Assembly (NCBI RefSeq): GCF_963921235.1
Contig: NC_086097.1
Location: forward strand, 109,060,001-109,124,000
From: Mobula hypostoma
Taxonomy: Eukaryota
Length of the DNA stretch: 64,000 bases
Direction: 5' to 3'
The notes beneath the pieces are model-generated. The model did no database searches and was not told where the DNA came from. It was given only the letters and a program-made list of their open reading frames with translations. Positions 36,701-49,980 of the stretch are shown piece after piece. The position numbers were made by a program, and so were the translations under genes. The first letter of the stretch is position 1; the number at the start of each line of letters is the position of its first letter.

Positions 36701-39495
36701 AGGCTCCTCAGAAGTTAGGAATGAGGCATAAAACTTGCTGCTTACAATCATTTTATTAAGTGTTACAAGAACAAAGAAGATGAAGGGAGAAGCATGTTGA
36801 GAGACAAAGAGGGCAAAAGCAGACAAAGGTAAGGGGAAAGGGCTTAAGGAAAAGACAACGAAGAACGGTGGTCTAGTTGTCATTTACCAGACCACTGATA
36901 ACATTAAATTCCATCGGTAACCAACCAAAAAGCCAAATTCAAGAGATATGATACATGCCACTGAAACCAAGATGATTTTAGAGAGATACAGAGACAACCA
37001 TACGCATATAAGTGATTATATAAAACCTCAAACAAGCATATGAAAGTTAAACTACAAAGAAAATAACATTTCTACAGCCCAATCCAACACAGTCAAGCTA
37101 AGGGGTTTACCTAAGTGTAATGGATCTTGGGAATTCCCTACCCATGTCACATGTGGAGACTCAATCACTGACTATATTCAAGGTAGATTTTTAGATATTA
37201 ATGAACTGAGGGGATATCGGATTAATGCAACAATGAGGTATGACATCAGCTGCGGTCTTGTTGAATGGTGAAACAGGATGAGTGTCCTAATTGCTCACTT
37301 CTACTTAGAGTCAAACAAAGGTACAATACAGAAACAGGCTCCATGGCCGATCTAGTCTATGCAGAACCATTTAAACTGCCTCCTCCCCTTGACCTGCTCT
37401 GTGATCACAGCCCTCCATACCCCTACCATCCATGTACCTATCCAAACTTTGTTTAAATGTTCAAATTGGGCTCACGTGCACCTTGTTCCACACTCTCATG
37501 ACCCTCTGAGTGAAGAAGTTTCCCCTGATGTTCCCCTTAAACTTTACATCTTTTGCCCTTAATCCATGACCTCTGGTGGTAGTCCCACCCAACCTCAGTG
37601 GAAAAAACCTGCTTGCATTTACCCTACCTATACCCCCCCCCCAATAATTTTGTAGGCCTCTATCAAAATCTTCTTTCAGTCTTCTATGTTTCAAGGAATA
37701 AAGTCCTAACCTATTAAATCTTCCATTATAATTCAGGTCCTCCACTACTTCCACTTTTTATGCAACACGTAATCTGCTGGAGTTGCTCAGGAGATAAAGG
37801 AGCATGTATGGGCAGAAAGAAACTGTCAGCATTTTGGGTTGAAAATCCTCTTCCAAAAGAACAATTGGTTTCTTGATTCTAACATCTGCAGTCCATTGTG
37901 TCTCTATTTCGTATGTTTTATGTTGTGCATCAGACCACAAGCTCCTCAAGCCTGCACTATATTTAATAAGAACATGGCCTAACTTGACTTTCTTTCCTAT
38001 TCCCCACAACCCCCGACTCCTCTATCATTCGGATTTCTGCCTGTCTCAGATAGGGTTTTCAGTGAACATCTGCTGAAGTTACAAAACCACCACTGCAGAA
38101 GTTTTGGGAAACTTTTCATGAGGACTGAAATAATTGTTCCTTGCACTGTCATCCCAGGTAAAATACAGAACAATTAATATAATTTCCATGTAAATAGTCA
38201 ACATGCATGCCTTGGCATCCAACTAGCTGATACATTCATGGGCAACAATGAGAAAAAAATCCCCACTTGGTTCACTGAATTCACTTTAAGTGCTTATCAT
38301 TTTATGGGATTTCCTTAATCCCCATCTTTTTAATGTTGCTCTCTTAGGGGAATTATAAACACAGAGATTTATGACATCTGCAATTTGTGATATTTACTGT
38401 GAGTGTTGTATATGAAGGGCGCAAGCATTGTTGAAAGATCCTGACCATGCATCTCACAATCCTTTTGAGCCACTACCATGAGGAAGGAGGTACAGGAGCC
38501 TCAGGACTAGGACTGGGTAACAGCTTCTTCCCTCAGGCTGTGAGACTAATGAGTACCCTGCTACCACGAAGGTCTCGTCACTAGGACACTGAGCTGTTTA
38601 CTGCTTGCACGTGCTGCACACTACATGAACTTGAATGATATTTTATTAGCTTATTTATGGTAATATTTTGTTCTTTGTGCTGTGTGTGATGTATGTTTTC
38701 TGGTGCACCATGTTTCATTGGATTGCATATATATGGTTGTTCAGATAATAATAAACTTGGATTTGAACTTGAAGAAAGTTGATCATGCTGGAAAAATGGG
38801 CTTTGCAATTGTGATGCTTGGATAACCTACACCAGTCTGGCCTGATGCAGGCTACACATGACATTTCTGTTTGTGCTCGGTATTCGAATAGCAATGACTA
38901 CTCTGCCAAATGCATTGTTTAATGCACCATTGCACATCCACAGAGTTTTATTCAGGAGATGAGATGAAGTGAATCTACTGAGACTCATAATGAAGCACTA
39001 TTGGCAGGGCTGACATACAAAGTTCATGAAAAATGTTGAAAACATGGATGTACCCTTTTAAAAGTTTAATGACGTATTCAGTAAACACAAAAACAAATCC
39101 ATTTTCCAAACAGTTGTTCTACTGGTCTCTCACACATCTCCAAGTTACATACCTATCTCACTCTCTAAACAATCATCTCAATTTCAGTGACTCATCTGGC
39201 ATTCATATTTTCCACTTCAGTGCCACATGTGCATCTGACAACAACATGTCATGGTTATACACACTCCTAGACATAATGCAGGACTTTATCACACTGATAC
39301 TTTTGGTAGGAGGCTGGTACTAGCAACAACAGATTGATACATGAAATACAAATTCCATTGCAGTGAACACACTGATACCGCACAGTGTTTAAAATAGTAT
39401 ACAGCTACTAGATAAATAGTCAGCTGCATTTTGCTGGCTGTGATTTGTATTTGCAAATTATATGCACTTTGAAACACTACAGACAAATTGATGTA

Positions 39496-39895
39496 CAGTG
39501 AAACTCTGATAATCTACAAACTGATTATTCCAAAGTCTTTATGATTAAACATCTAGCCGATTGGATAATGATGCCAGAGTTCTCTTAACAGTCTGCTGAG
39601 TCCAGATTGCAGTACATCCTTCCCACTCTGGGCCACATTTGCCACACTCACATCGCACTCATCAGAATCCCAGTTCCTACAAGCCCTTTTAGCTCACTGG
39701 GGCCTCTGTTCCAATGCTCCCATTAAACTTAACTGAGTTCACTGTGAAGTTTATTACAATATTGCATAACATCTGAAAAAGTGTGAATTAAAACTGCATT
39801 GGGGTATCAAATGTAATAACATCTAATAATTCAGAAAGACCTACCATCTGGTAACATCATAGACCCAAGCATGCAGGATTATTGGAGTTTTACTG
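39496..39895. mobile_element. pogo/Tigger-like MITE (400 bp)
   Basis: TA|CAGTGAAACTCTGATAATC ... GATTATTGGAGTTTTACTG|TA: 16/19 TIR match with TA duplication. Confidence 0.75.
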
Positions 39896-41165
39896 TACAG
39901 TTTGTGATTGATTAAAGAAAAGAGTATTGATAGATCAAGAGCTTAGATCTGGCAGAAAACTTGCGCCCTACTATGTAGCAGTAATCCCTGCCCACCGAGG
40001 TGTTTCTGAGACCAGGCTACCTAGAACAGGCACCTCAAGGTACTGGGAATATATTCCGAATGCTGCTTCTAAAAATTCTGCAAGTTCACTAGAAGAGCAA
40101 AGGAATTGATATTGGTGTCCTCTTACAGGTCAACATTCCTAGTGCCGAGCCACTGGTTACACTCAGGTCATGCCATTTGCATACACCCGACTCCTGAATG
40201 AGGTGCCCAATTCCAAGCTCTGTCATGTGAATAAATTACCAGATTAAAATTGGGAAAAATTTAGGGTAGTCCAGCATCCTTGTTAACTCTTGGGAAGCTC
40301 AGGGTCATGACCAATTCACAGTGATGTCGAAGAGTTTGCAATGATGTCACAAACCTGAAACCATACATAGGGAGCAGAGCTTTTGCACTGAAAGGAGCAG
40401 ACTATGAAACACCTACCCTCCTCATCAGTCGTAGTGTGGCTCATCTTAGAGGCACCTATCTTTCCCATGTTAGCCCCATTAGCTACCTCAAAGCCCACAA
40501 AACCAGACTGGATCCTCAATCCCAAGGGACTGCCTAAGAAGTAGAAAAGGACAATCTAGTATGGAATATATAATAGCATACACAGTTACACAGGGTGATG
40601 CAGTAGCCCAGTGAGAGAAACTGCTGCATCATGGTTCCAGTGACTTGGATTCAGTTCTGACGTCTGTTGTTGTCAATATCTATTTTACACCCTTTCTGTG
40701 ACAACATGGTTTCCTCCAGGTGATCAGGTGTCCTCCCATCGGCCATAAAGATGTGGGTTGTTAGCATCAATCGCTACCGTAAATTGTCCTTTGTGAACAT
40801 GGAAAACACAAAATATGTTAGAGTTGGATAAGTGTACCGTAAAGGCACCTTGGGGTCAGCAGGGACTCAGAAGAACCATTTTCAATGCTGTATCTCTCTG
40901 TGATGCACAGACATATTATTCCTTGAACCTGACCATGCAGTGTTATACCACACAGCCTACACACTGAATAAATCTTTAGGAAAAGTATTGTAACCAATTG
41001 CACTACCTAGTTGTAAATACTTCTGAATTTCTGTGAAAGCATATCTTTCTTTTTTCTGTTGTAAACATGTTGCTGTTTGCCTTGCAGTAGTAATGGTACT
41101 GTGAAACTTTGAATCTGCAGATCTGAATTAATTTGAATCCATTTTCCATCTAATGTGTTTTGTAG

Positions 41166-41266
41166 CACTGGATGACTGAACTTGAAATATTTGCCATGAT
41201 ATTTGCAGCTGCTATTCACGACTATGAACACACTGGAACAACAAACAACTTCCACATTCAGACCAG
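41166..41266 (+). CDS. PDE1C: PDE1C exon F (101 nt), HD metal-binding PDEase signature
   Basis: tag|CAC...ACCAG|gtatca. HWMTELEIFAMIFAAAIHDYEHTGTTNNFHIQTR. Confidence 0.96.
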
Positions 41267-41924
41267 GTATCATCTATTTTAATGATTTTCTCTCTAACGT
41301 AAGAAAGCTATTCATAATGCTTTCCTTTGCAAATCTGCAATTCATTCAATGATGACCAATGCTCAAATTCATTCACTTTATAATGTCGTGGAATGCAAAG
41401 AAAGCTCTACTCAAATAACACATCTTCTCTCATATTTTTCATAAATTTTCCATTCATCATGTTATTCTATGCTGAAGACAAAGAATCAAGAGCAATTTCC
41501 AAAGGCGCCCAAGTGTAAATACCAAATCAGTTACCCTCCCATGTAAGCATGCAATTAATCACATGGATTTTAAGAGCAGCATGAAAATACCTTTAAAATC
41601 CACGTCCACAGTGACAAATTAGATAAAAATTGCTGACATTTTTAGCCATCAGAGGTTAGGTTTGGGTTTCCCCCACACCAATGAAGGTTGTCCTCAGTTG
41701 ATGACTCTGTGGGGTTTACAGGTTAGTAATACAGATGTTAAGATTATTTTATTTTGTGAATTTTCAGGGTTCATAGCAATGCAGTACTTCCAAGTTAGGG
41801 TTAGGGTTCCAAGTTATTACATCACTGATTGAAAAGTACCATGTTGTAATTCATGGTTCTTATAGGAAACACCACAGGATTCGTTGAAAGAAATGACATG
41901 AAAAGGAAAAAGAAACAAAGCTCA

Positions 41925-42300
41925 CAAATCCCAAAGCCCCCAGACTCTCCCTCTCACAAAACCCAACAGATTGCCCACCCAGAAGATGGCAGCCAGAACA
42001 TCAAAAACCCCAAACTTCCAATCCCCTCCCTTGCAAAAAAACAGCGCCGACAGCATCAAACCCCCAACCCCGTCTCCCACACACAAAAACCAACAGATTG
42101 CCCATATAGGAAAACCATGGAGAACATCAGACCCTGTACCACCAACCCCCTCTCCCACACACAAAAACCAACAGATGGCCCATACAGGAAAACCAACCCA
42201 TACAGGAAAACCAACGAGAACATCAGACTCCAAATCACCAACCCCTCCCTCACATAGCCCACCCTCAACCCCAAACTACCAATTGGCAACAAGGAAGAAA
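41925..42300. repeat. Degenerate ~78-bp C/A-rich tandem repeat
   Basis: tctcccacacacaaaaaccaacagat at 42073 and 42151, with a diverged copy near 41950 and an internal cccatacaggaaaaccaa duplication. Confidence 0.8.
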
Positions 42301-42835
42301 ACATAGAAAACTGGAAAAAAAACTTAAACAAGCAACATAAAGATCTCGAGTTTATTTTCCATGGTGGTAGGTTGTGAAATCGTCTACTGCTATCTGTTAA
42401 AGTAACCATGAAAGTTGTCAACTCTTTCACTAAAGTTTTCTTGAGAGAAATTCATTTACTACCTCCTTTGTTCCCCCACCCACACATACACTTATTTGCA
42501 TTTAGAAAGGATTTAGTAAGATGCTTAGCTGTATAAGCAAGATTTCATGTTTACAGCAGCGCTTTCTATTACCATCTTCAGATGGGCAATAATACACTGT
42601 GTACTTACTCAGATCACCCACTGCCTGAGAAGAAATTGATGGTCATCAGTTTGTCTGTATATATTGTAAGAATAATTTGGCCAAGGGTTGACTGAGCATG
42701 GGGTTCAGTAGAGATCTACAAACAGTAGTTTTCACCCTACAGGTCCAATTCTGAGAGCATTATTCCACTTCCCCTGTGCACACCAGCTGAGTAACCATTG
42801 CATGGCTACAAGTACTAATTCTGTCTGAAACAGAG

Positions 42836-43190
42836 TTGTATAAGATGATGAGAGGCATTGATTGTGTGGATAGTCAGAGGCTTTTTCCCAGGTCTGAAAT
42901 GGCTGCCACAAGAGGGCATAGGTTTAAGGTGCTTGGGAGTAGGTACAGAGGAGATGTCAGGGGTAAGTTTTTTATGCAGAGAGCGGTGAGGGCGTGGAAT
43001 GGGCTGCTGGCTACGGTGGTGGAGGCGGATATGATAGGGTCTTTTAAGAGGCTTTTGGATAGTTACATGGAGCTTAGGAAAATAGAGAGCTATGGATAAC
43101 CCTAGCAATTTCTAAGGTAGGGACATTTTCGGCACAACTTTGTGGGCCAAAGGGCCTGTATTGTGCTGTAGGTTTTCTGTGTTTTCTATG
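42836..43190 (+). mobile_element. CR1 3' fragment; similar 3' fragments at ~1390-1900(-), 2650-3550(-), 9350-11060(+), 27913-28310(+), 34100-34990(-), 37310-37750(-), 47690-48100(-), 50288-50540(-)
   Basis: YKMMRGIDCVDSQRLFP...TRGH.FKV..FF.QR.V..WN.L, the CR1 ORF2 C-terminus, followed by 3'UTR and short tandem tails. Confidence 0.8.
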
Positions 43191-45862
43191 ATAACTGACT
43201 ATATGCAGGACATTTGCAGAATGGAACTGTGAATGGTTTGCTTAATCACTGCAACTCTTATTGGCCCATTTGTTCTTGATGAAGTACCAATTCATCAAAC
43301 ACAGTGTGAAGTAGTAATGACAATAATTCACTGTCATTGTGGTCAGTGGATTTTTTTCAAAGCCATGCAATTAAAATGCAAATGTCAACCCATAGACTTT
43401 ACTCTGTACTTGTGGAAATTGACTTTATCACTGTTGCCCAGTGAATTGAAAAGAGGAAATCGCTGGTCCTTCATGGAAATTTATTTTTAAATGATCGATA
43501 CATAATAGATGTTTCTGCAATGCAGTTATATAGAAAACAAGATTCTAGATTTTAAACCATAAACATATGTGTTTCTATCCCAGAAAGCATATATATGTCC
43601 TCCTTGGGGTATGAACGCCTGACTTATGGACACCCCATAGATACAGCTGAGTGTTTGGGAGACCAGCCAGTTGGATGGGGATGGATTTGTCAACTGCTGG
43701 CATCTTGTGCTGGGTGGGAACAGACACTCTTGTGTACCCTCTCGGCCCACTCAAACTACCTTCACCCCCTCGCCCACCCCCAAGCTGCAGCGTTCAGGGT
43801 CTGGGCTGAGCTACATGGAGCAAAATCGGTCACCGGATCGACAAAGTTGGCTGGTGATGCTATTCCCATGCCCGCTCGTTCCAATCACAGCTGCTTCTGG
43901 GATCCTCCCAGGCACACGGCTTTTGCTTGTTCCTACTTTACAAGCAGGTATCAAGAACGAGATCCAGTCAGAACCCAATGACTTCACGTGCTGTGAATGA
44001 GTGGTATCAGGAAGTAGCAGAATTATTGATGCCTCGTCAGTCAGTATTATGAGTGGCCAGTCTATAGTTCCACCACCAGGTTAATATTGTTGTGGAATAA
44101 AAGCTCTCCCTTTCCTGATCCTAAAGGGCCCTACGTGATTCCCTATCTGCTCTGCTTTTGATTTGAATTGTTATAGCTTCAATACAAGCTCAACAGCATA
44201 ACTTTTGACTATATGACCACCACCACGTTCTATATAAGCTTCACCAGTCTTCAGAATCAGAATCAGTTTCATATCACCGACGTATGTTGTAAATTTTGTT
44301 GCTGTGCAGCAGAAGTACATTGCAAATCGTAATAACAAAAAATTGTCATTTACAGAAAGTATATATATTACAAAGTTAAATTAAATAAATAGTGCACAAG
44401 AGAAAACAAAGTAGTGAGGTAGTGTTCATGGGTCCGATGTCCATTGAGAAATCACATGGCAGAGGGGAAGAAGCTGTTCCTGAATCATTGAGCGTGTGCC
44501 TTCAGGCTCTCAATGGTAGCGATGAGAAGAGGGCATGTCCTGGGTGATGGGAGTCCTTAGTGGTGGATGATGCCTTTTTGAGGCATCATTCCTTGAAGAT
44601 GTTCGGGATGCTGGGGAGGCTGGTGCCCATGATGGAGCTGAGTGAGATCACAACTCTCTGCAGCTTATTTTGATCCTGGAAAGTGCCCCCCCCACCCCAT
44701 ACCAGACGGTGATGCAGCCAGTTAGAATGCTGTCCATGATACATCTGTGGAAATTTGCAAGTGCCTTTAGTGACATACCTAATCTCTTCAAATTTCCAAT
44801 GAAGTATAGCCACTGTTGTACCTACTTTGTAATTGCATCAATATCCTTAGCCCAGGATAGATCCTCAGAGAGGTTAACACCCAGTAACTTGAAATTGCTC
44901 ACTCTTTTCACTTCTGATCCCTTAATAAGGACTGGTGTGTGTGCCCTCGTCCTACCCTTTCTGTAGTCTACAATCAAGGACTTTTCTGAAGTCCATAATC
45001 AAAGGGAATTTCCTTCTGATTAGTCAGTATAGTTAGAAACTTTCCACTTATTCTGTAAACCTAATCCGTTGCGTGTTATATTAATGCTTTTTCTTCAGCA
45101 TTTTGAGAGAATCTGATACTTCACCTGGCAGTCATTTAGCAGGCTCACTCCTGATCTGTCACTTATATTCATTTTATGAGTGTTCCACTATCAATAACAG
45201 AGGCTTTGACACAGAGAATATTATGCATATATTTTGATATATATTAAGCAAAGCATCTTGCTGTGATCTGTTTATTGAATTTAAGATTATTTTCAGAACA
45301 AAAGGCAGTAGGTAAGTGAAAACACCACCACAACTAACTCCTGTCCAAGTCATACGCTGTCTTCTTTTACTGTAACTAAATCCTGGTTCTCTCCTTCCAA
45401 TGGATTGCAACAAATGAAGATGGTGGCTGATTGTCTCCCCTCTCAAGGACGGCTATTAACTGACAGACCTTAAAAGGGAATACACATACGGTCACTCTGA
45501 GATATACAAAGATCATTTTTCATACTTCCTGTCAGTGTAGAAAGAGAAATTTGACCTGTTGGGTCTGTGGCAACTCTCAGAGTATTCACATAGTTCAATT
45601 CACCCAATATTTCCCCATAGCCTTTTCTCTCTCACATGTGACTGTTATGTCTTGTAACTTTAAAACATGGAACTAATTCAAAGAAAGACATGGGAGTCCG
45701 GGCATGCAGCATTTATACTTTGTCTTTACCTTAAACAAAGCATGCATGCATCATATGGTAGCGTGATGACGTATGCAATTCATGTATTTTGACATACTGT
45801 ATAACCCATAATGAATCATTTAAATGAACAGGAAAGCTTGATCACTATATATGTATATATGT

Positions 45863-45875
45863 ATGTGTGTGTGTA

Positions 45876-45929
<54 letters not shown>

Positions 45930-45940
45930 TACACACACAT
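45863..45940. repeat. Compound (GT)/(AT)/(AC) microsatellite forming a near-palindrome
   Basis: at(gt)5 at(gt)5 (at)15 (ac)6at (ac)4at. Confidence 0.9.
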
Positions 45941-46357
45941 CGATGATCATCTAGTTCCCCTGATAGTCCTGGCACCCAACTACACTAGAAGTATTTTACA
46001 GTATCCAGTTAACCTGCTGCCATGTCATTAGGGCAAGGGAGGAAGCTGAAACCCCTAGAGACAAGGTAATGGAAAGAACATAAAAACACCCAGACTGACA
46101 GTAACTGTGGTTCCGGATTGAAGCCTGGTCACTTGAGCGGTGTGACAGCACCACTAACCACTGCATCAATGTTGCCATCCCTAATGTGTGAGAGTTCCTT
46201 TGGATTTTAATCAATTTAATTTTGAAAATAATGGGAAATCAATGCAAATTAATTTTTGCTGTTTGAAATGTGATGTCAGCTCCACTGCTTCTAAGCATTA
46301 TTGGAATGTCTTATTTCAAATGGTGTTAGTTAATATATTTTGGCTTTTAATTGTTAG

Positions 46358-46486
46358 ATCTGATTCAGCTATCCTGTACAATGACCGAGCTGTATTGGAG
46401 AGTCATCACGTCAGCGCAGCTTATCGTCTGCTGCAGGAGGATGAGGAGATGAACATCCTGTTCAATCTTTCCAATGATGATTGGAG
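46358..46486 (+). CDS. PDE1C: PDE1C exon G (129 nt)
   Basis: tag|A...TGGAG|gtaaat. SDSAILYNDRAVLESHHVSAAYRLLQEDEEMNILFNLSNDDWR. Confidence 0.95.
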
Positions 46487-46667
46487 GTAAATCAATACCG
46501 CACGTCCGAAGTGTCTTTCCAGCAGGGACGATGCTGCAAAATGGCAGCAAGTACATTCCACACAACCACTCTCACACCAAAGTACAGCCAAGGCTTCCCC
46601 TAAAGAACCTGAAACATTAACAGGAAATCCTCAGTTTCTGAATCAATTGCAGCAAGCAGAAGTTAAA

Positions 46668-46765
46668 TGTATGTGTATGGTGTGTGTGTGTGTGTGTGTC
46701 TGTGTATGTGTGTGTGTGTACGGTGGGTGGGTGTGTGTGAGTTTGTATGTGTATTGTGGGTGAGG

Positions 46766-46797
<32 letters not shown>

Positions 46798-47206
46798 GTG
46801 TTTGGTGGTGGGTGTGTGTGAGTTTGTATGTGTATGCTGGGTGAGGGTGTGTGAATGTGGTGTGTGTGTGTGTATGGTGGGTGGATGTGTGTGAGTTTGT
46901 ATGTGTATGGTGGGTGAGGGTGTGTGGTGTGTGTGTGTGAGTTTGTATGTGTATTGTGGGTGAGGGTGTGTGTGTGTGTGTGTGTGTGTGTATGGTGGGT
47001 GAGGGTGTGTGGTGTGTGTGTGTGAGTTTGTATGTGTATGGTGGGTGGATGTGTGTGAGTTTGTGTGTGTATGGTGGGTGAGGGTGTGTGTGTGTGTGTG
47101 TGTGTGTGTATGGTGGGTGGATGTGTGTAAGTTTGTATGTGTATGGTGGGTGAGGGTGTGTGGTGTGTGTGTGTGAGTTTGTATGTGTATTGTGGGTGAG
47201 GGTGTG

Positions 47207-47248
<42 letters not shown>

Positions 47249-47423
47249 TGGTGTGTGTGTGTGTTTGGTGGTGGGTGTGTGTGAGTTTGTATGTGTATGG
47301 TGGGTGAGGGTGTGTGGTGTGTGGTGTGTGTGTGTGAGTTTGTATGTGTATGCTGGGTGAGGGTGTGTGTGTGTGTATGGTGGGTGTGTGTGTGTGTTTG
47401 TGTGTGTGTGGTGGGTGGGGGTG
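46668..47423. repeat. Complex (TG)n-rich micro/minisatellite, ~750 bp
   Basis: Recurrent gtgagtttgtatgtgtatggtgggtgaggg units separated by (TG)n runs. Confidence 0.97.
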
Positions 47424-48995
47424 TAGGGATTCTGTTACCAGCTGGAGTCAGTGTGAGGAATACAAGTATCATTGAGTGAGGGGTGAGTACCTGTGGAAAA
47501 CACCCACATCGGGGTTGTACACTTCTGTGAGCAATTCACAGAATAGGGCGTGAGGGAGTGACTGAGAGTGCGGGCAATCCACTGAAGGCATTTGTAGGAA
47601 TTACTCTGCAACCCGAGGGAAAGTTGGGGTAAAAAAAAAGATGATTGTGTATACTGTATACAAGAGGTACAACGATTTGGGAATGGGGTTTAAAAGAACA
47701 TAATACTTTGAACATTATAGGACAGCAGAGAATCTTTGGTCCATGATGTTGTGTCAACCTTTTAACCTGCTCTAAAATCAATCGAACCTTTCCCCTTTAC
47801 ATTGTCCTATGTTTCTCTGTCATCCATGGGCCTACCTAAGTTACAATGGTCCTGGTACAGGTGGATGGGAGTAGCCAGTTTAAATGGTTTAGCATGGACT
47901 AGATTGGCTGAAGGGCCTGTTTCTGTGCTGTACTTTTCTATGACTGTATGACTTAAATGCCCCAAATGTATCTGCCTTTACATCTTCCCTGGCAGGGTAT
48001 GCCACGCACCCACAGTGCTCTGTGTAAAAAAACTTATCACTGACATCCCCCCCATACTTTCCTCCAATCACCTTAACATTATGCTGCCATGCATTAGCTA
48101 TGTCAGAAATGTATACCATTAGGGTCCGAGATAAACCTCAAGTAAATGACTGTGTGAGAGTGCACCAAACTACAAGAGTGATTGCCTGTGAAATGCCCTC
48201 ATCAGTGGGCAGAAACATTTGTGGGAAATGTTGTTTGTTCTTAATAAAGACAAACTTGGTGTGGGTTTATGTGAGAACATTTAATTACTGAACTGCGGCT
48301 CAACCCTGTGCACGTGCACCTTCGTAGCTTCTGGTTCCAGGTGAACTTCTTGCATTGCACACTGGGAAATGAAGTTCTTTGTTATGCACACATAACAACA
48401 CAGGAAATGTGTGAATAGTTGGTAGTTTGTAAATAATATATCAGTATTCTAAATTCTGTTTTTCGAACTTAGACATCAGTTGCAATTGGCTTTGATGTGA
48501 ATGAGAAAATTCAGAAGGTGTTTAAGAATCAAGTACATGTGCTTACCACAAATATATCTGAGTGAGATCATTTATGGAAGATACATATCTGTCAGCACAT
48601 GCATGTGTATGGAAATGCATGTTAGAATATGTGTATTCTCGAAGAGAGACACAACCTTGTCGTGGGGTTTAGAGGTTTGTGTGTCTCATTGACCCTGTGA
48701 GTCAGGGTCAGGGCTTTGTGCTTTGACAGGTCAAAGGGTAGAGGCCAGACCAAGAACGGTCCACTGGCCCTCCAGGTTTTGGGGTTCAGCTCAGGGCTAA
48801 CAACCCTGAGCTGGTGAAAAAAATGGTTACAGAAGCAGCATTGACAATGGAGGACCTTCATTACTTCCCTAAGTGCCAGGCAGTAATGGGCAGTAAGTGA
48901 GAATATGTGTATAATATATGTATGAGTGCACAGGGAGAAATATAAACATTGCTGAGGTGTGATGTTTACAGGAAACGTAAACCGTTAGTGATTGA

Positions 48996-49980
48996 GGCTA
49001 CGTCCATACTATGCCGGATAATTTTGAAAATGCCGGTTTCGAGTAAAAACAATAGGCGTCCACACCAGGCATTTTTCAAAATTTCTCTGTCCACATTAGA
49101 CGGATATTTGGGCGAATCTCCTCCTACTGGGCATGTGCAGGACACACAGAAAACAAGCGAAGAGGAAACGGTATACCTGGTGCGCGTTTGTCCAGTTACA
49201 GAGTGGAAAAACTTCCAAGGAATTGCTCTTGGCTCTCGCGCAGGAGGACTTAAAACTAAAGAAAAAACAAATACTGGAGCGTATGGAGGCAACCGACAGG
49301 GAGTTCACGGACAGTACGACCCGGCTGACAACGAACATTGAAAAACTGACTAACTCTGGTACATTAATAAAGCACCTTGTTAAATGTATAAAACATGTCT
49401 GCATCAGTGTTATCTTGTATTTCCATACAATGTTACATTAGTCTGTCACACATCTATTGTCAGAGAAGTACTTGCATAAATAGGTAAAGCACCTTCATAC
49501 AAGCAAGGACAGAAAACAGGGCAAAGTGAGTAAACTTATTTATTCAGTAAGCTATGGGTCAAAGTATTTGGTGAGTACGTTTCTAACTCTCTGGCTTCAG
49601 TCTCGTTGCCATCTGTTCCGAAATTGTTAGGTTCTGCGAAATGCAGAATCAAATATCGCTGTGATGATTGTACGATATAGTATCAATTCTTTGGCGACAA
49701 TAAAGTAGTAATAATAATAAGAAGAATAATAAGAAAACAATGAAATGCTGCACTGTTGCCATCTGTTCCGGCACATCATGATAGTGGTTTTAAAAAGCTC
49801 TGGTTACCCCGTACACACTGCAATTAATATTAGGCGTTTTCAGATTTATTCACTCTGGAGACCATTTCTGAAAATCTCCGTTTTCGGGGGCTGAAAACGC
49901 TGTTTCAGTGTGGACGGAAGGTCAAAACGAAGAGAAAAAGCTTCGTTTTCAAAATTATCCGGTGTAGTGTAGACGTAGCC
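48996..49980 (+). mobile_element. Non-autonomous PIF/Harbinger-like DNA transposon (985 bp)
   Basis: 35-bp TIRs GGCTACGTCCATACTATGCCGGATAATTTTGAAAA / revcomp GGCTACGTCTACACTACACCGGATAATTTTGAAAA. TNA flanks (TGA/TCA). Internal coiled-coil remnant LLLALAQEDLKLKKKQILERME...NIEKLTNS. Confidence 0.8.

Noticed and set aside
39950..40540. Possible Tx1/L1 remnant (HLKVLGI)
   Set aside because: Only one short motif is recognisable, which is too decayed to call without a search.
43595..44000. Overlapping 109-128 aa ORFs in a non-repetitive-looking stretch
   Set aside because: No homology recognised, no convincing splice context, and the PDE1 frame needs no exon between F and G.
46663..47472. 269-aa His/Thr-rich ORF and the Val/Cys-rich ORFs on the opposite strand
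   Set aside because: They are translations of the (TG)n satellite; the lack of stops is compositional.
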